DNA of 11,596 bases from Candidatus Methylomirabilia bacterium. Its GTDB lineage: Bacteria; Methylomirabilota; Methylomirabilia; Rokubacteriales; CSP1-6. The stretch is from contig JBGQHJ010000153.1 in NCBI GenBank assembly GCA_041497895.1, positions 1 through 11,596 on the forward strand, written 5' to 3'. Position numbers and translations under genes: made by a program. Shown piece by piece: positions 6,325 through 11,596 of the stretch (position 1 is its first letter; every line of letters starts with the position of its first letter). The notes below the pieces were generated by a model, which saw only the letters and a program-made list of their open reading frames with translations, ran no database searches and was not told where the DNA came from.

Positions 6325-7947
6325 CTAGATGGCCAGGGCGTAGCCGTCGCGGCGGGGATCGGCGCCCGCCATGAGGGCGCCCGATTCCGGGTCGCGGGCG
6401 ATCCCCTGCCCGCCGCCCACCACCCACGACCAGTCGTCGATCACGTTCACCTGGTGCCCGCGCCGTCCCAGCTCCGCGCGCGTCGCCTCGCCGATACGCG
6501 ACTCGGCGTCGACCAGCCGGTCGCGGTACACCCGCACCCGCGGCGCCTCGATGGCCTCCTGCAGGTTCAGGCCGAACTCGAGGAAGTTCAGCAGCATCTG
6601 CGGCTGCGTCTGGAGGATGCCGTACGAGCCGGGCGTGCCGATCGAGAGCGCGAAGGCGCCGTCCTGAAAGACCTGGGTCGGCGACATCATGGTGCCGGAC
6701 TTGCGGCCGGGCTTGAGCACGTTGGGCGACTCCGGATCCCGATCCGACCACTTGAGGATGTTGTTGAGCACGAGCCCGGTGCCGGGCACCGCGAAGCCGG
6801 ACCCGAAGGCCATCCCGAGCGTCTGGGTGACCGAGACCACGGTGCCCTCCGCGTCGGCGCACGCGAAGTGCGTCGTCTGCTCGTTGACGAACTGCGCCGG
6901 GTGCCCCTCGGCGATCTGGCCGGCCAGGCGCTCGCGACTGTGGCGCTCGCCCTCGCTCACCGCGGCCCGGGCCGGGTCGATGCGCGCCCGCTGCGAGGCC
7001 GCGTAGGCCTTGGACACCAGGCCCGCGATGGGGGGCGCGCCCGAGTAGGCGAAGGCCAGCCGGTCCGCCGAGCCGAGCTTGATCGCCTCGATCAGGTGAT
7101 GCAGGTAGTCGGGGGAGTTGTGCCCCCATCCCGCCAGGTCGAAGCCCTCCAGGATGTTGAGGGTCTCGAGCATCTGGTACGCGGAGAACGGCGGCGGCAC
7201 CGAGCAGACCTCCCGGCCCCGGTACGGGATGGCGAGCGGCTCCCGCCACTCGGGCTTGAACGCGGCCAGGTCCTCGAGGGCGAGCCAGCCCCCGGCCTCC
7301 TGCACCGCGCGGGTGATGGCGGTGGCGATCGGGCCCCGGTAGAACGCCTCCGCGCCCCCCTCGGCCACCTGGCGAAGCGTCCCGGCCAGCTCCTTGTACG
7401 TGACGACCTTCCCGGGACGCGGGCCGCCGTTGCCCAGGAAGAGGCGCTCCGCCTCGGCCGAGCGGGCCAGCTGGGCGCGCGACTGCTCGAAGAACTTCAC
7501 GTTCGCGAATGTGAGCGGCACCCCGTTCTCGGCCAGATCGATGGCCGGCGCCAGCACCTTCTGCCGCGGCATCGACCCGAAGCGCTCGAGCGCGGCGAGC
7601 CAGCCGCCCAGGTTGCCGGGCGTGGCGCACGACTTCGGCCCGCCCGCCAGCTCGTCCTCGGTGCAGCGCGCCGGGTCGACGCCCCGGGGCGCGGGCCCGA
7701 TGAAGTCGAGCACGTGCCGCTCGCGGGTGCGCGCGCGGGAGATGAGCATGAGCCCGATCCCGGCCGCGCCCGACATGAACGGCTCGACGACGTTCAGCGT
7801 GGAGCCGACCGCCACCGCGGCGTCGACCGAGTTGCCGCCCTCGAGCAGCACGCGGATGCCGGACATCGACGCGAGTGGATGCGCCGAGGCCACGGCGCCG
7901 CGGGTTCCCATGATCGTCGGACGGTAGGCATGGCGATGCGGGGGCAT
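6325..7947 (-). CDS. Gamma-glutamyltransferase-family Ntn hydrolase, cytoplasmic (540 aa)
   Basis: ATG 7947 with GGAGGAG SD. Motifs GGNSVDAAVA, VVEPFMSG, TPGNLGGW, autocleavage EQ/TTHFACADAEG, GFAVPGTGLVLNN, GTPGS, GADPRRDG. No signal peptide. Confidence 0.93.
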   Translation of the reverse strand: MPPHRHAYRPTIMGTRGAVASAHPLASMSGIRVLLEGGNSVDAAVAVGSTLNVVEPFMSGAAGIGLMLISRARTRERHVLDFIGPAPRGVDPARCTEDELAGGPKSCATPGNLGGWLAALERFGSMPRQKVLAPAIDLAENGVPLTFANVKFFEQSRAQLARSAEAERLFLGNGGPRPGKVVTYKELAGTLRQVAEGGAEAFYRGPIATAITRAVQEAGGWLALEDLAAFKPEWREPLAIPYRGREVCSVPPPFSAYQMLETLNILEGFDLAGWGHNSPDYLHHLIEAIKLGSADRLAFAYSGAPPIAGLVSKAYAASQRARIDPARAAVSEGERHSRERLAGQIAEGHPAQFVNEQTTHFACADAEGTVVSVTQTLGMAFGSGFAVPGTGLVLNNILKWSDRDPESPNVLKPGRKSGTMMSPTQVFQDGAFALSIGTPGSYGILQTQPQMLLNFLEFGLNLQEAIEAPRVRVYRDRLVDAESRIGEATRAELGRRGHQVNVIDDWSWVVGGGQGIARDPESGALMAGADPRRDGYALAI

Positions 7948-7991
7948 GGGCTCTCCTCCGGAGGTCAGGGCTGTCTGGGATTCACCGGGCA

Positions 7992-8020
7992 ATGGTAGGC
8001 TCTAGCCATCATGGACGCAA
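7992..8020. promoter_or_regulatory. Overlapping divergent promoters (GGT operon and PPOX gene)
   Basis: Minus strand: TTGCGT (8020-8015), 17 nt, TACCAT (7997-7992). Plus strand: TGG-TAGGCT extended -10 (7993-8001), 9 nt before ATG 8011. Confidence 0.5.
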
Positions 8021-8436
8021 CAATCCCCTCGCCCGAGCTCGCCCCCGCGCTCGCGCGGGCGCGGTACATGTACGTGACGACCTATAGCCGGGCGGGCAAG
8101 CCGGGCACCGTGCCGACCTGGCTCTGGCCGCACGAGGGCCTCGTGTACTTCACGACCAAGCGCGACAGCCTCAAGGCGCGCCGGATCCGCAACGACGGGC
8201 GGGTGACGGTGCACGTGGGGACGAAGGACGGGCCGGCCTTCGAGGGCCGGGCCGAGTGGGTCGAGGGCCGCGCGGATCTCGAGACCGCGCTGCTGGCGGA
8301 CTACCGCCGCAAGTACTGGCTGCTGGTCCCGCTGTTCATGGGCCGCTACATCCGGAAGGCGCTCGATACCCAGCGGAGCGTCCTGATCCGGATCACTCCC
8401 CAGGTCACTCAGAAGCCGGCCCCAGCGCCGCGTTGA
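8011..8436 (+). CDS. Pyridoxamine 5'-phosphate oxidase-like split-barrel flavin/F420-binding protein
   Basis: YMYVTTYSRAGKPGTVPTW...YFTTKRDSLKARRIRNDGRVTV...EGRAE...VLIRITP is the typical PPOX-class pattern; 141 aa. Confidence 0.88.
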   Translation: MDATIPSPELAPALARARYMYVTTYSRAGKPGTVPTWLWPHEGLVYFTTKRDSLKARRIRNDGRVTVHVGTKDGPAFEGRAEWVEGRADLETALLADYRRKYWLLVPLFMGRYIRKALDTQRSVLIRITPQVTQKPAPAPR

Positions 8437-10570
8437 CCGCGGCCGCCAGCTTCGTCATGTCGAACGGCTTCTTGATCACCGCGTCGACTCGGCCCACGCC
8501 CGCCTCCACCGCGTCCGCCCAGCCGGTCAGCAGCAGCACCGGGAGCTCCTGCCGCCCGCTCTTGACCGCCCGCGCCACGTCCCAGCCGTTGACGTCCGGC
8601 ATCCCGAGATCGGTGATCACGAGGTCGAACGGGTCGCGCTCGAGATAGGCCAGCGCCTCCTGCCCGCCGCCGGCCAGCGTGACGATGTGCCCCTGGGACG
8701 CGAGCACGTCGGCCAGCACCTCGCGCACGTCGGCCTCGTCGTCGACCACCAGGATGCGGCCGTGGCGCTCTCCGTCCGACGCGCCCCTCGCCGGCGCCCC
8801 GGCCTCGGTCGCCGCCGCGGCGGGAAGCCAGAAGGTGACGATGGTGCCCCGCCCCTCGCCGCTCTCGAGCCCGATGTCACCTCCGTGGCTGCTGACGAGG
8901 CCGTAGGCGACGGCGAGGCCGAGCCCGAGGCGCCGCACCCCCTTGGTGGTGAAGAAGGGCTCGAAGGCGCGGCCGCGGGTCTCCTCGGGCATGCCGGGTC
9001 CGGAGTCCGCGACCGAGACGACGGCCCGGCCCGGCTCGCTCCAGGTCCGGATGGTGAGGCGCCCTCCGCGCGGCAGCGCGTCCACCGCGTTCAGGATCAG
9101 GTTGGTGAGCACCTCGCGCAGCTCGGCGTTGCGACCCGAGACCGGCGGCAGCGCGCCGGGCTCGAACGTCATCTCGATCCGCGCCCCCCGCACCTGGGCC
9201 TCGTGCTCCCAGCGGGCGCGCGTGAGGTCGATGCTCTCCCGCACCGTCTCGTTGAGATCGACCGGGGCCGCGCTGGCCCCGTGTCCGGCCCGGCTGAACA
9301 CCTGGATACGCCGGACCGTGTCGGCCGCGTCGAGGGCGGCCCGCTCGATGGTGCGCAGCGCCGCGCCCATCTCGGGATCGCGGTTGCGGTAGAGCAGCAG
9401 CTGGCTCCGCCCGAGCACGACCGCCATGAGGTTGTTGAGGTGGTGCGCGGCGCCCGCGGCCAGCTCCCCGACCGCGCGGAGGGTGGCCCCGCGCACGAGC
9501 GTGTCCTGCGCGGCCTGCAGCTCCTCGAGGGTGCGGCGGAGGTCGCCGACCAGGCGCGCGTTGTCCATCGCGAGGGCGGCCTGCCGGGCCAGGGCGATGA
9601 GCGTCGCCTCGTCGCGCCCGGTGAACGGGCGCGGGCTGCGATTGAAGGCCCAGAGCAGCGCGATGGGCTCGCCCGCCGCGTCCGCGACCGGGACCGCGAC
9701 CATGCTGACGACGCCCTCGGCGCGCGCCCACTCCGCGATGGCGGGCGGGCGCTCGAAGCGGGGGTCGGCGAAGTAGTCGTCGGTGCGCTGCGGTCGCTTC
9801 TCGCGCAGGGCCAGGCCGGCCAGCCCGTGGCCCGGCTCGAGGCGCAGCGGGTTGGACACCCGCACGCGCGTGCCCGCGGTGGTGACCGTCTCGAGCGCCC
9901 CGGTGCGCGCGTCCACCCGCGAGCAGGCCGCGCCGTCGGAACGGAGCAGGGTCGGGATCTCGCGCACCACCGCGCCCAGGGCGGTGACGACGTCCGGCGA
10001 GGAGAGCGTGTCGGAGGCCACGCGCTGGAAGGCCTCGATCTCGGCGAGCCGCCGGACGGTCTCCGAGTGCAGGCGCGCGTTGCGGACCGCCACCGCCGCG
10101 GAGGCGGTCAGGGCCTCCGCGAGGGCCACCTCGGCAGACCGGAACTCGCGGCGCTCCCGCGTCATGCACGCGAGGATCCCGATCACCTCATCGTCGAGCA
10201 GGATCGGCACGCAGAGGAGCGAGGCGAAGCCCTCCGCCTTGAACCAGGCGCGCTTCTCGAGCCGCCGGTCCTGCTGCACGTCGGCCAGGACGAGGGGCTT
10301 GCGGTTGGTGAGCACCCAGCCCACCAGCGACGAGCGCGTGGCCACCTGCTCGGTGGCGGGCAGCGGGGAGCGGATGCGGCCCTGGTGGGCGGCGAGCCGC
10401 AGCACCTCGCCCGCCTCGTCGAGCAGCCAGATGCGCGCCACCTCGGTCTCCAGGCGGGTGCGGGCGAGCGCGGCGAGGCGATCGAGGACCTCGGCGAGAT
10501 CGAGGGTCGAGGTGAGCAGCCGAGTCGCCTCGGCGAGGACCTCCAGCTCCTGCGGGCTCGGATCGCTCAT
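8405..10570 (-). CDS. Cytoplasmic hybrid sensor histidine kinase: GAF-GAF-HisKA-HATPase_c-REC (721 aa)
   Basis: Two GAF domains (SLLCVPIL...AVRNARL; SMVAVPV...AMDNARL), H box AAHHLNNL, N box LTNLILNAVDA, G1 DSGPGM, F box FEPFFTTKG, receiver ILVVDDE...DLVITDLGMPDVNG...KKPF. ATG 10570 is preferred to 10690, which overlaps the thiC promoter. Confidence 0.93.
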   Translation of the reverse strand: MSDPSPQELEVLAEATRLLTSTLDLAEVLDRLAALARTRLETEVARIWLLDEAGEVLRLAAHQGRIRSPLPATEQVATRSSLVGWVLTNRKPLVLADVQQDRRLEKRAWFKAEGFASLLCVPILLDDEVIGILACMTRERREFRSAEVALAEALTASAAVAVRNARLHSETVRRLAEIEAFQRVASDTLSSPDVVTALGAVVREIPTLLRSDGAACSRVDARTGALETVTTAGTRVRVSNPLRLEPGHGLAGLALREKRPQRTDDYFADPRFERPPAIAEWARAEGVVSMVAVPVADAAGEPIALLWAFNRSPRPFTGRDEATLIALARQAALAMDNARLVGDLRRTLEELQAAQDTLVRGATLRAVGELAAGAAHHLNNLMAVVLGRSQLLLYRNRDPEMGAALRTIERAALDAADTVRRIQVFSRAGHGASAAPVDLNETVRESIDLTRARWEHEAQVRGARIEMTFEPGALPPVSGRNAELREVLTNLILNAVDALPRGGRLTIRTWSEPGRAVVSVADSGPGMPEETRGRAFEPFFTTKGVRRLGLGLAVAYGLVSSHGGDIGLESGEGRGTIVTFWLPAAAATEAGAPARGASDGERHGRILVVDDEADVREVLADVLASQGHIVTLAGGGQEALAYLERDPFDLVITDLGMPDVNGWDVARAVKSGRQELPVLLLTGWADAVEAGVGRVDAVIKKPFDMTKLAAAVNAALGPASE

Positions 10571-10647
10571 TGCATCGGCGGACGGGGCCGCACTATAGCG
10601 CAGGCCCTCGCGGCGCGCCACCACGCGACGCGCGGCCGGGACCGGCC

Positions 10648-10676
10648 TTGACCCCCCCTTCCTTTGGACGTAGCAT
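10648..10676 (+). promoter_or_regulatory. Sigma70-type promoter for TPP riboswitch-thiC
   Basis: TTGACC (10648-10653), 17 nt, TAGCAT (10671-10676). The predicted TSS near 10683 coincides with the 5' end of the aptamer. Confidence 0.7.
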
Positions 10677-10683
10677 GCACCCA

Positions 10684-11596
<913 letters not shown>

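Noticed and set aside
6256..7998. 580-aa plus-strand ORF starting MPLTLPSPLRGEG
   Set aside because: Antisense shadow of the GGT-family gene; its N-terminus is just the translated palindromic repeat.

Overview
High-GC bacterial chromosomal window. The gene content and codon style suggest Candidatus Rokubacteria/Methylomirabilota or a similar soil lineage (inference only). In order it contains: the 5' part of a divergent membrane pyrophosphatase gene (hppA, minus strand, runs off the left edge); a cysteine-free glutaredoxin-like protein; HU; a D-Ala-D-Ala carboxypeptidase gene coupled to a type II haloacid dehalogenase gene; a 52-aa basic truncated SWIB-like protein absent from the ORF track; a minus-strand GGT-family / SDR / luciferase-like monooxygenase cluster; a divergent PPOX-family split-barrel protein; a GAF-GAF hybrid histidine kinase; and a TPP riboswitch followed by thiC (runs off the right edge). 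I saw no mobile element, CRISPR array, tRNA or rRNA. The best leads are the mini-SWIB gene and its structured flanks (5'-3' UTR complementarity, tandem CsoR/RcnR-like palindromes), the Grx-fold protein lacking CxxC, the kinase with non-canonical H and G2 boxes, a perfect palindrome over the hppA -35, and several apparently leaderless or overlapping divergent promoters.
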